Shown here: in pieces, positions 19,708-28,760 of the stretch
Layout of the letters: each line of letters starts with the position of its first letter
Numbering within the stretch: the first letter of the stretch is position 1
Assembly: GCA_947480335.1 (NCBI GenBank)
Contig: CANKCB010000002.1
Span: 30,976 to 94,975, forward strand
Origin: Gammaproteobacteria bacterium
GTDB lineage: Bacteria; Pseudomonadota; Gammaproteobacteria; Eutrophobiales; Eutrophobiaceae
Reading direction: 5' to 3'
Length of the DNA: 64,000 nucleotides
The notes under the pieces: generated by a model
The model's input: the letters and a program-made list of their open reading frames with translations, nothing else
The model's database searches: none
What the model was told of the DNA's origin: nothing
Position numbers and translations under genes: made by a program

Positions 19708-20619
19708 ATGGCTGCCAGACACTTTCTGACTTTACTGGATCTGGAGCGGTCAGAGTTACTCGATCTGATCCGTCGTGCGCAGCAGTCGAAAGCTGAAGTC
19801 AAGCAGGGCATACTGAAGCCGACCCTGCCAGGCCGGGTATTGGCAATGATTTTTGAAAAATCCTCAACTCGCACACGGGTATCGTTTGAAACTGCCATAG
19901 CACAGCTGGGTGGTCACGCCATTTTCCTCTCGCCAGATGATAGCCAATTGGGACGAGGTGAACCGCTTGAAGATACGGCGCGTGTGCTATCAAAAATGGT
20001 TGACTGCGTCATGATACGTACATTCAAGCATGAGAAAGTACTGCGATTCGCCAGTCATTCCGATGTGCCGGTTATCAACGGGTTATCCGATTCCTATCAT
20101 CCCTGTCAGTTGCTGGCAGACATGCAGACTTTTTTTGAGTATCGGGGCAATATTCAGGGCAAGAAAGTGGCCTGGCTGGGTGATGGCAATAATATGTGCC
20201 AAAGTTATATACAGGCTGCGCGGCTTCTGGATTTCTCATTGACGATAGCTTGTCCGGACGATTATCGACCAGAACCGGAAATCGTAGAGTCAGCTGCCGG
20301 GCATATAGAAATTACCCGGGATCCTGAACAGGCTGCTCGCAATGCCGATCTGGTTGTCACCGATGTCTGGGCCAGTATGGGGCAGGAGCAGGAAATCGAG
20401 ACCCGGGCAAAAATTTTCAGTCCGTATCAGGTCAACCGTGACTTAATGTCTCTTGCAGCAAAGGATGCCCTGTTCATGCACTGTTTGCCTGCTCATCGGG
20501 GTGATGAAGTGAGTTCCGATGTGTTGGAGGGGCCGCAAAGTGTGGTTTGGGAAGAAGCGGGCAACAGATTGCATTCTCAAAAAGCGTTACTGGAGTTGTT
20601 GCTGGGTGTTCGTCATTAG
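19708..20619 (+). CDS. argF: ornithine carbamoyltransferase
   Basis: 303 aa: [37 protein letters not shown]. Confidence 0.92.
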   Translation: MAARHFLTLLDLERSELLDLIRRAQQSKAEVKQGILKPTLPGRVLAMIFEKSSTRTRVSFETAIAQLGGHAIFLSPDDSQLGRGEPLEDTARVLSKMVDCVMIRTFKHEKVLRFASHSDVPVINGLSDSYHPCQLLADMQTFFEYRGNIQGKKVAWLGDGNNMCQSYIQAARLLDFSLTIACPDDYRPEPEIVESAAGHIEITRDPEQAARNADLVVTDVWASMGQEQEIETRAKIFSPYQVNRDLMSLAAKDALFMHCLPAHRGDEVSSDVLEGPQSVVWEEAGNRLHSQKALLELLLGVRH

Positions 20620-20745
20620 GCACTCGTTGCTCGTCGCTGCCCGCTCATATAACATTCGTAACCGTCCGGTTGTCCATTTCTGGACTGGATAGTCGAGTAT
20701 AATTAACTAATTTCACCAGTTTCCTCAGCCAACGAGTAACAATTC

Positions 20746-21498
20746 ATGCATTTCCTTTTATCAAATGATGACGGTTATCAGGCTCCCGGACTGGAGGCAC
20801 TGGTCAGGGCGATTGCACCATTGGGCGAAATTACAGTAGTGGCTCCGGACCGTGATCGTAGCGCGGCGAGTAATTCGCTGACGCTGGATACGCCTCTGTC
20901 TGTCAGGACAGCACCGAATGGATTTCATTATGTGAACGGTACCCCAACCGATTGTGTGCATCTGGCCATCACCGGATTGCTGGACAGGGAACCTGATATG
21001 GTTATCAGTGGGATCAACTCGGGTGCGAATCTCGGTGACGATGTGTTGTATTCGGGCACGGTGGCCGCGGCAATGGAAGGACGATTTCTCGGCAGGCCAG
21101 CCGTGGCGGTTTCACTGGTTGGCAAGGATCCAGTACATTATGACGTGGCTGCCACGCTGGTGGCCAGACTGATTAAAAGCATGCTTAACCAGAATTTGCC
21201 TTCTGATCTTTTATTGAATATCAATGTGCCTGATCTGGATTATAATGAACTGCAGAAATGGGAAGTAACCCGCCTGGGTAAACGACATAAATCGGAAGCC
21301 TCCGTAAGAATGAAAGATCCAAAAGGTAGGGAAGTATTCTGGATTGGGCCGGCGGGCCCTGGTAATGATGTGGGTCCAGGCACAGATTTTCACGCGATAC
21401 GCCATGGCAATATTTCTGTGACACCGTTGCAGTTCGATCTGACCCGTTACGACATTATTGAAGATGCAACTGCCTGGGTAACTCCACTGACCATCTAA
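20746..21498 (+). CDS. surE: 5'/3'-nucleotidase SurE
   Basis: 250 aa beginning MHFLLSNDDGY, with GINSGANLGDDVLYSGTVAAAMEG. The surE-pcm-nlpD-rpoS order is conserved. Confidence 0.95.
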   Translation: MHFLLSNDDGYQAPGLEALVRAIAPLGEITVVAPDRDRSAASNSLTLDTPLSVRTAPNGFHYVNGTPTDCVHLAITGLLDREPDMVISGINSGANLGDDVLYSGTVAAAMEGRFLGRPAVAVSLVGKDPVHYDVAATLVARLIKSMLNQNLPSDLLLNINVPDLDYNELQKWEVTRLGKRHKSEASVRMKDPKGREVFWIGPAGPGNDVGPGTDFHAIRHGNISVTPLQFDLTRYDIIEDATAWVTPLTI

Positions 21499-22160
21499 TG
21501 AATATCAAGCATCAAGGCATAGGCATGACATCACAACGGGCGCGCAATCGCCTGGTTGAGCAGTTAAGAACGATGGGTATCGTGTCAGAACCAATTCTGG
21601 AAGCCATCAAGAGTACGCCACGCCACCTGTTTGTTGATGAAGCCTTGTCCAGTCGTGCATATGACAATACGGCCTTGCCTATAGGCTATAACCAGACTAT
21701 TTCCCAGCCGTATATCGTTGCACGCATGACCGAAGCGCTGATAGAAAACAACAGTGCCTTGCAAAATGTACTGGAAATCGGAACCGGATGTGGTTACCAG
21801 ACGCTGATCCTGTCCCGTTTTGCCAAACAAGTATCAACAATTGAGCGAATTGACGCCTTGTTGGCTAAAGCCAGGGAACGATTCTATGCATTAAAGTGCA
21901 GGAATGTACGTGCACGCAATGGCGACGGTAATCTGGGGTGGCCGGAACACGCCCCGTTTGATGCCATCCTGGTGACTGCTGCGCCGCTGGGTGTGCCCAA
22001 ACAACTGATGGAACAGTTATCCGTGAATGGACGGCTGGTAATTCCAGTCGGAAAGTCTGGTGAACAATCCTTGTTGCTGATTACACGTACTGAAAATGGC
22101 TACACTGAAAAGCGTCTTGATTCTGTCAGTTTTGTGCCGATGATTGAAGGGATCGGTTAG
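21498..22160 (+). CDS. pcm: protein-L-isoaspartate O-methyltransferase
   Basis: 220 aa: QTISQPYIVARM, VLEIGTGCGYQT. The ATG overlaps the surE stop (TAATG). Confidence 0.95.
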   Translation: MNIKHQGIGMTSQRARNRLVEQLRTMGIVSEPILEAIKSTPRHLFVDEALSSRAYDNTALPIGYNQTISQPYIVARMTEALIENNSALQNVLEIGTGCGYQTLILSRFAKQVSTIERIDALLAKARERFYALKCRNVRARNGDGNLGWPEHAPFDAILVTAAPLGVPKQLMEQLSVNGRLVIPVGKSGEQSLLLITRTENGYTEKRLDSVSFVPMIEGIG

Positions 22161-22168
22161 CCTGATTA

Positions 22169-23059
22169 ATGAACCAAATGAAAAACAACTCAATCAGATT
22201 CCTGCTTGTCGTTTCTGTCCTCTTGCTGTTGACTGCCTGTGCCAATACGACTGAAGCGCCGGTTGATACCCGCCCGACGGACAACGCCTATAAGGTAGCC
22301 AGTGTTTCCGGGTATGGTTATGAACCCGAACCGGTGACCAAGGGATACCACACGGTAGTAAAGGGCGATACACTTTATTCAATTGCCTGGCGTTATGGTC
22401 TCGATTATCGAGACATCGCTGGCTGGAATAATGTGTCCAGTGATTATGTGATCTATCCTGAGCAACGATTACGGCTGACACCTGATCCGCAAGCGCAGGC
22501 CAGGATACCCGAACCATCCATGCCCGTTGGCAACAACGTACGTAATAACCCAAACCAGTTGATTATCGAAACAGTCAAACCATCCGGCACTACTGAACCA
22601 CTCGAACCGGAGTCGGTTAAATCCGGGTCGATAAAGAGCCAGACACCAAAGCCCAATTCGGTAAAATCTACTCCTGTGCTTTCGAAGGGGGCTCTTTCCT
22701 GGAAGTGGCCGACCTCAGGAGAGTTACTGCGTTCCAATTCACCTGTCGCACAAAAAGGTGTAGACATTACTGGTCGTGAAGGACAACAGGTATTGGCGGC
22801 AGAAGATGGTGTGGTCGTTTATAGCGGCAGTGGACTTTTGGGTTATGGTAAGCTTATTATCATTAAACACAATGAAACCTATCTTAGCGCCTATGCGCAT
22901 AATCAAATGATGCAGGTCAAGGAAGGAGACATGGTTAACTCTGGTCAGGTTATCGGCACGATGGGCAAGGGTAACAAGGGGCAACCCTTGTTGCATTTCG
23001 AGATTCGTAAGGATGGAAAACCGGTGGATCCATTACAATATCTGCCAGCCAGATCATGA
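22169..23059 (+). CDS. nlpD: murein hydrolase activator NlpD (LysM plus degenerate M23 peptidase lipoprotein)
   Basis: 296 aa with lipobox LTAC, a LysM domain (HTVVKGDTLYSIAWRYGLDYRDIAGWN) and a C-terminal M23-like domain (KGVDITG...YGKLIIIKHNETYLSAYAHN). Confidence 0.9.
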   Translation: MNQMKNNSIRFLLVVSVLLLLTACANTTEAPVDTRPTDNAYKVASVSGYGYEPEPVTKGYHTVVKGDTLYSIAWRYGLDYRDIAGWNNVSSDYVIYPEQRLRLTPDPQAQARIPEPSMPVGNNVRNNPNQLIIETVKPSGTTEPLEPESVKSGSIKSQTPKPNSVKSTPVLSKGALSWKWPTSGELLRSNSPVAQKGVDITGREGQQVLAAEDGVVVYSGSGLLGYGKLIIIKHNETYLSAYAHNQMMQVKEGDMVNSGQVIGTMGKGNKGQPLLHFEIRKDGKPVDPLQYLPARS

Positions 23060-23074
23060 TATTCGACTAGAAAA

Positions 23075-24094
23075 ATGCCGGACAAAAAGCGGCCAGTTGA
23101 TGATGGATTAGAAGATCCAGCCTTGCCGGAAGCGGACGAGGCGTACGTGACTGAACTGGACGAACCCGATGAACTGGAACCAGTTGACGATATCATCGAA
23201 CCGGAAGTGCCCCCGGATCCGGATACTGAAGTCAAGGCAAGAACGCTGACCGATGGTGATCTGGATGCCACCCGGATGTACCTCAATGAAATCGGTTTTT
23301 CCCCCTTACTGACTGCAGAAGAGGAAGTTTACTATTCCCGCAAGGCATTGAAGGGGGATGAGTCTTCCCGCAAGCGCATGATTGAAGGTAACTTGCGTCT
23401 GGTAGTCAAGATTGCCAGACGTTATATGAACCGGGGTATGGCCTTGCTCGACCTGATTGAGGAAGGCAATCTCGGTTTGATGCGGGCCGTTGAGAAATTC
23501 AATCCTGAAAAAGGATTCCGCTTTTCCACCTATGCGACCTGGTGGATACGCCAGACCATTGAACGGGCGATTATGAACCAGACGCGTACGGTCAGATTAC
23601 CGATACATGTAGTCAAGGAAATCAATGTATACCTTCGGGCAGCCCGCCGTCTGTCCCAGACACTCGATCATGAACCGACCCCGGAAGATGTCGCCGAGTT
23701 GCTGGATAAGCCGATAGAAGAGGTCAAGAGTATGCTCGTACTGAATGAAACCATCAGCTCCATCAGCAATCAGTCTGGATTTGACCCGGAGCGGTCTGTT
23801 TTGGATACCATACCGGACGACCATAATCTGGATCCTTCATTGCTGTTACAGAACAGTGAAGTACAGAGTCACGTTGAAAACTGGTTAAATCAGCTGACTG
23901 ACAAGCAATGTGCCGTGGTTGAACGCCGCTTTGGCCTGCGCGGCAGGGACATTGCCACACTGGAAGATATTGGTGCAGAGCTGGGAGTTACCCGTGAACG
24001 CGTCAGACAGATCCAGATTGAAGCGATCAAACGCCTCAGGCAAATGTTGAAGAGGGAGGGGTTCTCGCTGGACACCCTGTATACTGAGTCTTGA
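23075..24094 (+). CDS. rpoS: RNA polymerase sigma factor RpoS
   Basis: 339 aa with regions 2-4 ([39 protein letters not shown]). It lies downstream of nlpD. Confidence 0.92.
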   Translation: MPDKKRPVDDGLEDPALPEADEAYVTELDEPDELEPVDDIIEPEVPPDPDTEVKARTLTDGDLDATRMYLNEIGFSPLLTAEEEVYYSRKALKGDESSRKRMIEGNLRLVVKIARRYMNRGMALLDLIEEGNLGLMRAVEKFNPEKGFRFSTYATWWIRQTIERAIMNQTRTVRLPIHVVKEINVYLRAARRLSQTLDHEPTPEDVAELLDKPIEEVKSMLVLNETISSISNQSGFDPERSVLDTIPDDHNLDPSLLLQNSEVQSHVENWLNQLTDKQCAVVERRFGLRGRDIATLEDIGAELGVTRERVRQIQIEAIKRLRQMLKREGFSLDTLYTES

Positions 24095-24099
24095 GATGC

Positions 24100-24483
24100 T
24101 CACTCCGAATTTATATTAATGAGAGTAGCTATAACCTTGCGCCCTTCACCAGCAATAAAATTATAGGCACGACAGGCGGCAGCCGTATCCATGACTTCCA
24201 CTCCTATGTTTCTACCCATGATCAATGCCAGAATCTCCTGGTCAGGGAATTGCAGGCGCTTGCCAGTACCGATCAATATCAGTTCCGGTTGCTGTTCAAT
24301 GACCGGTGTGAAATGAGAAGGTAGTAGCATGGAAGGACTGACAGCTGACCAGTTGTCGATTATTTGTACCGGACTGATTATCAGACTCTGCGGGTAGAGT
24401 AGGTTATTGATAATGATTCCGGCTGGCGAATAGGATTGGATAATGTTCCTGTCGGCTGACGGAGTATCAATCTGGATTTTCAT
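24100..24483 (-). CDS. Mth938-like (DUF498) domain protein
   Basis: 127 aa. PELILIGTGKRLQFP and GIGVEVMDTAAACRAYN are typical of the Mth938/NDUFAF3-like fold family. Confidence 0.7.
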   Translation of the reverse strand: MKIQIDTPSADRNIIQSYSPAGIIINNLLYPQSLIISPVQIIDNWSAVSPSMLLPSHFTPVIEQQPELILIGTGKRLQFPDQEILALIMGRNIGVEVMDTAAACRAYNFIAGEGRKVIATLININSE

Positions 24484-24546
24484 AATGAATTTTATGCTAT
24501 TTTGGACCGGTAACGGATATTAACAATAAATAACGGGATATAAATA

Positions 24547-25215
24547 ATGAAAATTATTTTACTGGGGCCTCCGGGCGCGGGGAAAGGTACACAGGCGAAC
24601 TATATCAGGCAGGAATTCAACATTCCGCAGATATCAACCGGTGACATTCTGCGTGCTGAAGTCAGAGCAGGCACAAAACGCGGACTTGAACTGAAAAAGA
24701 TCATGGATGCAGGTGAATTGGTGTCAGATGAACTGATACTCGACATCATCAAGATCAGGATCACGGCAGATGATTGCCGGAACGGTTATCTGTTTGACGG
24801 ATTTCCACGTACGGTTGCCCAGGCTGACGGAATGCTGATTAACCATATTGTAGTCGAGTATGTCGTCGAAATCTGGGTTGAGGACGACGAAATCATCCGA
24901 CGTATGAGCGGCAGGCGTATTCATCCGCAATCCGGACGTAGTTATCACGTTTCATTCAACCCGCCAAAACAGGAAGGCCGGGATGATATAACCGGAGAGT
25001 CCTTGATACAGCGAGATGATGACAGCGAAGCCACAGTCAGAAAGCGCCTGCAAATATACCATTCACAAACTTCGCCACTGATTGAGTATTACCAGGAACG
25101 TTCCAGCAACGATGTCGCTGGAAGTGTGAAATACATCCGCATTTCCGGCGATGGTGCCGTGGAAAAGATTCGTGATGAGATAATCAGCAGATTGAAAAAC
25201 CAGATCAGCTTATAA
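24547..25215 (+). CDS. adk: adenylate kinase
   Basis: 222 aa: [27 protein letters not shown], and a LID segment [13 protein letters not shown]. Confidence 0.95.
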   Translation: MKIILLGPPGAGKGTQANYIRQEFNIPQISTGDILRAEVRAGTKRGLELKKIMDAGELVSDELILDIIKIRITADDCRNGYLFDGFPRTVAQADGMLINHIVVEYVVEIWVEDDEIIRRMSGRRIHPQSGRSYHVSFNPPKQEGRDDITGESLIQRDDDSEATVRKRLQIYHSQTSPLIEYYQERSSNDVAGSVKYIRISGDGAVEKIRDEIISRLKNQISL

Positions 25216-25362
25216 AAAAATGATGAATCCGGAATGAAAAAGTTGAAACTGGATGACTAATCGTTGTCTTGATCAGACATGAAGTGATGAACAAATCGTG
25301 TATGCAAAATGGATCCGAATTAATCCGATTTTCTGATTTTTATGAAAAAGTGCAAAAAAAAA

Positions 25363-25391
25363 TTAGAAAATTTTAAAAACACTACTATAAT
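25363..25391 (+). promoter_or_regulatory. sigma70-type promoter, TTAGAA-17 nt-TATAAT
   Basis: The -35 is TTAGAA (25363-25368), the spacer is exactly 17 nt, and the -10 is the consensus TATAAT (25386-25391), about 90 nt upstream of the microprotein ATG. Confidence 0.55.
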
Positions 25392-25480
25392 AGACCCCGA
25401 GTTGTTTTTTTTTGTGTTGTTGTTTAGTTGTTAATGTAGTTAATACTTTCATCCAACAATGTAATAGAGGAGTTAATGTT

Positions 25481-25579
25481 ATGGTTAAGAAGAAAGCAGC
25501 CAAGAAGAAAGTGGTAAAGAAAGTTGCAAAGAAAGTTGCAAAGAAAGTTGCAAAGAAAGTTGCAAAGAAAAAGAAATAA
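25481..25579 (+). CDS. unannotated 32-aa poly-lysine microprotein, MVKKKAAKKKVVKKVAKKVAKKVAKKVAKKKK
   Basis: Below the 60-aa track cut-off. An AGAGGAG Shine-Dalgarno lies 8 nt before ATG 25481 and the stop is TAA at 25577-25579. The protein has 18 Lys in 32 residues and no acidic residues, with a promoter upstream and a terminator downstream. Confidence 0.5.
   Translation: MVKKKAAKKKVVKKVAKKVAKKVAKKVAKKKK
25517..25570 (+). repeat. perfect 12-bp tandem repeat (AAGAAAGTTGCA) x4 plus a partial unit
   Basis: Read directly. Each unit encodes KKVA and stays in frame. Confidence 0.95.
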
Positions 25580-25745
25580 GTAAGAAATAAATACTCGTAA
25601 ACTGATTCCACTTTTGTAGTAAAAAAATTGATGGCAAGATGCCAGAGTGGAGTAAAGAGCGAGGAGAGGGTGATTTCAGGAATAAGTTGTAAATAGTAAA
25701 AAATACTGAAAATCAGTAACTTAGGTGACTCTCTCAATACAATTC

Positions 25746-25773
25746 AAGGCCCCGTTCAACGGGGCCTTTTTTA
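25746..25773 (+). terminator. rho-independent terminator
   Basis: GGCCCCG-ttcaa-CGGGGCC followed by TTTTTT. Confidence 0.85.
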
Positions 25774-25822
25774 TTTCTACCATACTGATAGTCATGACTG
25801 GAACAGTATCTGTTCAGTATCA

Positions 25823-28093
25823 ATGAAAAAAAAATCAACGAAAAAAAAATCTGTCAGAACACGATCGCGCGACGGAAAAAAGTGGTGGTCGATCACTCGC
25901 ATCCTGCAGCTGTTGATCATCACAATCAGTTTCACTGCAGCCTACATCATCTGGCTCGATTACCGAATTCATACCGAGTTTGAAGGACGAAAATGGACAA
26001 TACCTGCCCGCGTCTATGGGCGTCCGCAAGACATCTATATTGGTCAAAATGATGCAAACGGGGTCCTGGATCGGGTCCTGAGGGTAAATAATTACCGAAA
26101 TGGACCGGAATTATCCGAACCTGGACAGTTCCGGAAATCCGGAGCGGGATATCAGATTTTTCTACGCGAGTTTGACTACTGGGATGGACACGTGGCTGCT
26201 GAACGATTCGAGATCAGCATCGTGTCAGGAACAATTACGGCAATCCGATCGATCGATAGCGGTATGGATGCGCCCGTGTTTCGGATGGAGCCGGAATTGA
26301 TAGGAAAAATTTACCCGGATCATAATGAAGATCGAACCTTGCTGACGCTGGATGATGTTCCCGTCTTTCTAATCAATGCATTGATTGCTGTGGAAGATCG
26401 GTATTTCTACAGCCACTTTGGCCTTGATTTTCGAGGTATTGCACGGGCATTCTGGATTAACCTCATACACGCCGAACTTTCTCAAGGTGGCAGCACCTTG
26501 ACCCAACAACTGGTCAAGAATTTTTTTCTGACCCAGGAGCGTACCCTCTCAAGAAAACTGAATGAAGTCATCATGGCGGTATTACTGGAGCGACGCTACA
26601 GCAAGGACGAAATTCTGCAGGCCTATCTGAACGAAGTTTATCTGGGCCAGAATGGTGCACAGGGTATACATGGTTTTAGTGGCGCAGCCGAGTTTTATTT
26701 CAACGAACCCTTGTCAGAATTGCGTGAAGATCAGTTGGCCATGTTAGCAGGACTGGTCAGAGGTGCATCCGTCTATAATCCGCGACGCTATCCGGATCGT
26801 GCGCTGTCGAGACGTAATCTGGTCGTTAAACGGATGGTGGAGGAGGGGTATCTTGATGAGAACGTAGCGGCTGCATTGCGCAATCAATCACTGGATGTTT
26901 CGACTGAACCAGGAGGGGGAGGATCAAAGTACCCGGCGTTTCTGGATTTGGCCAAACGCCAATTATTGGTAGATTACCGAGCCGATGATTTGAAGAACGA
27001 AGGACTGAGAATATTTACCACACTTGATCCGTCCATTCAGGAAAAGCTGGATCAAGCCATCAATAAACGGGTAGACAGTCTGGAAAGCCAGCGTGCGATT
27101 AAGCCTGGCACGCTTGAGTCTGCCACGGTAATTGTCAGACCGGTTAAGGGTGAAGTGGTGGCTATCAGTGGCAGTCGTAATCCGCTAATGAGCGGTTTTA
27201 ACCATGCACTGGATGCGAAACGGCCTATTGGTTCACTGATTAAACCGTTTGTTTATCTGACAGCCTTGTCAGAGCCGGGACGATATAACCTGTTAACGCT
27301 CGTCGATGATGAAACCATCCATCTGAAGCAGGTCGATGGCAGTCTGTGGCAGCCGGATAATTATGACAAGATCGCACATGGCTCTGTCAGTCTGCTTGAG
27401 GCAATGACACATTCCTATAATCTGGCCACGATACGTACCGGTATGCGGGTGGGTATGGATAAAATCATCCATACTCTCAGGCAGGCGGGGGCCACGGTCA
27501 CCCTGAATCCGTATCCTTCCTTGTTACTGGGTGCTGTTGAACTCTCACCGCTGGAAGTGACCCAGATGTACCAGACCCTGGCAAACGGAGGATATCGAGT
27601 TACCCTCAATGCCATACTTGAAGTACTCGACAGTGAAGGCAAACCATTACAACGTCATCAGCTGGATATGGTTCCGGCATTACAACCTGAGTACGTGTTC
27701 CTGGTAAATTACCTGATGACCAGGGTAATGGACCTGGGTACCGCCCGACAATTGACCAGTAATGCTAGATTGAACACTGCACTGGCCGTCAAGACAGGTA
27801 CAACGAATGAATCACGTGATAGCTGGTTTGCCGGATTTGGGGATGATTTGCTAACGGTTACGTGGCTGGGTCGTGATGATAACCGACCGACACCGTTTAC
27901 TGGCGCCAGTGGTGCCATGCAGATATGGGCGGATATCATGAGTGCAACTCCCTTTAAGCCTCTAAACCTGTTTGCTCCGGATCCGGTATCGTGGACGCAG
28001 GATATCCATCTGCGTATGGAAGGAAGATGTATGTCGATAGGCAGTATTCCCTATATAGGGTTGTTTCCCGTGTCCAATCCATTATCCTGTTAG
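25823..28093 (+). CDS. mrcB: penicillin-binding protein 1B (bifunctional glycosyltransferase/transpeptidase)
   Basis: 756 aa. It has a basic cytoplasmic tail plus TM, a UB2H-like segment (RKWTIPARVYGRP) and GT51 motifs (EDRYFYSHFGLD, GGSTLTQQLVKN). The transpeptidase motifs are SLIK, SYN and KTGT. Confidence 0.92.
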   Translation: MKKKSTKKKSVRTRSRDGKKWWSITRILQLLIITISFTAAYIIWLDYRIHTEFEGRKWTIPARVYGRPQDIYIGQNDANGVLDRVLRVNNYRNGPELSEPGQFRKSGAGYQIFLREFDYWDGHVAAERFEISIVSGTITAIRSIDSGMDAPVFRMEPELIGKIYPDHNEDRTLLTLDDVPVFLINALIAVEDRYFYSHFGLDFRGIARAFWINLIHAELSQGGSTLTQQLVKNFFLTQERTLSRKLNEVIMAVLLERRYSKDEILQAYLNEVYLGQNGAQGIHGFSGAAEFYFNEPLSELREDQLAMLAGLVRGASVYNPRRYPDRALSRRNLVVKRMVEEGYLDENVAAALRNQSLDVSTEPGGGGSKYPAFLDLAKRQLLVDYRADDLKNEGLRIFTTLDPSIQEKLDQAINKRVDSLESQRAIKPGTLESATVIVRPVKGEVVAISGSRNPLMSGFNHALDAKRPIGSLIKPFVYLTALSEPGRYNLLTLVDDETIHLKQVDGSLWQPDNYDKIAHGSVSLLEAMTHSYNLATIRTGMRVGMDKIIHTLRQAGATVTLNPYPSLLLGAVELSPLEVTQMYQTLANGGYRVTLNAILEVLDSEGKPLQRHQLDMVPALQPEYVFLVNYLMTRVMDLGTARQLTSNARLNTALAVKTGTTNESRDSWFAGFGDDLLTVTWLGRDDNRPTPFTGASGAMQIWADIMSATPFKPLNLFAPDPVSWTQDIHLRMEGRCMSIGSIPYIGLFPVSNPLSC

Positions 28094-28095
28094 CC

Positions 28096-28674
28096 GTGAA
28101 GCTATTCAGACTCCAGGTTGCTAGATCGTTATTACTGGTATTGCCCTGTTTGTGGCTAACCGGTTGTGCGGGTATGCTCAGTCAGACTGGTGCAGGAGTA
28201 CCTGTAGTGGAAGGCGCCGGAAGCCAATCACCTGTTGAACAGAAGACTGCCGTGATTCCACCACAACAACCGATCATAGGTAATAACAACTCAACCTTAG
28301 CCGTGCCGGTCAAACCTTTCATTGAACAACCCTTACCGGCGAGTAGTCCTGCGGTTGTGGCATTACTCAATAATGCGGATAAGGAAACTTTATCGGGCAG
28401 GACAGATTATGCAGCGGCAGCAATTGAGCGTGCACTCGGATTGGAACCACAGAATGCCTTACTCTGGTCCAGACTGGCGGCCATACGTCTGAGTCAAGGT
28501 AACTGGCAACAGGCGGTGGTACTCGCCGGGCGATCCAATTCACTGGCGCGTAGTAACCGATCGTTGTTATTACAGAACTGGAAAACGATTGAAAGGGCCA
28601 AAACCGGTCTTGGAGATATTCCTGGTGCGGCGGCGGCCAGGCAAACATTAAACAGGCTCACTACAGGCGGATAA
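28096..28674 (+). CDS. TPR-like lipoprotein immediately downstream of mrcB (LpoP-like candidate PBP1B activator)
   Basis: The frame is open from 27991, but GTG 28096 (2 nt after the mrcB stop) gives the signal peptide VKLFRLQVARSLLLVLPCLWLTGC with a lipobox. A Pro-rich linker follows, then a TPR-like helix pair (AAAAIERALGLEPQNALLWSRLAAIRLSQGNWQQAV). Confidence 0.55.
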   Translation: MKLFRLQVARSLLLVLPCLWLTGCAGMLSQTGAGVPVVEGAGSQSPVEQKTAVIPPQQPIIGNNNSTLAVPVKPFIEQPLPASSPAVVALLNNADKETLSGRTDYAAAAIERALGLEPQNALLWSRLAAIRLSQGNWQQAVVLAGRSNSLARSNRSLLLQNWKTIERAKTGLGDIPGAAAARQTLNRLTTGG

Positions 28675-28760
28675 CTGACAGTACCAGTAAGTGAATAACC
28701 GCTGGTCAGTTTTCAATGACAGGCCGAACCAGTGTGTTGGTTTACAGCATGACCAACGAT

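Noticed and set aside
25363-25737. 124-aa minus-strand track ORF with FFATFFATFFAT repeats
   Set aside because: It is the antisense reading of the (AAGAAAGTTGCA)n lysine repeat. It has no RBS, an implausible composition, and it runs through the plus-strand promoter.
27991-28095. ATG 27991 as the start of the lipoprotein gene, overlapping mrcB by about 100 nt
   Set aside because: This start buries the signal peptide and lipobox internally. GTG 28096, just after the mrcB stop, gives a canonical lipoprotein N-terminus.
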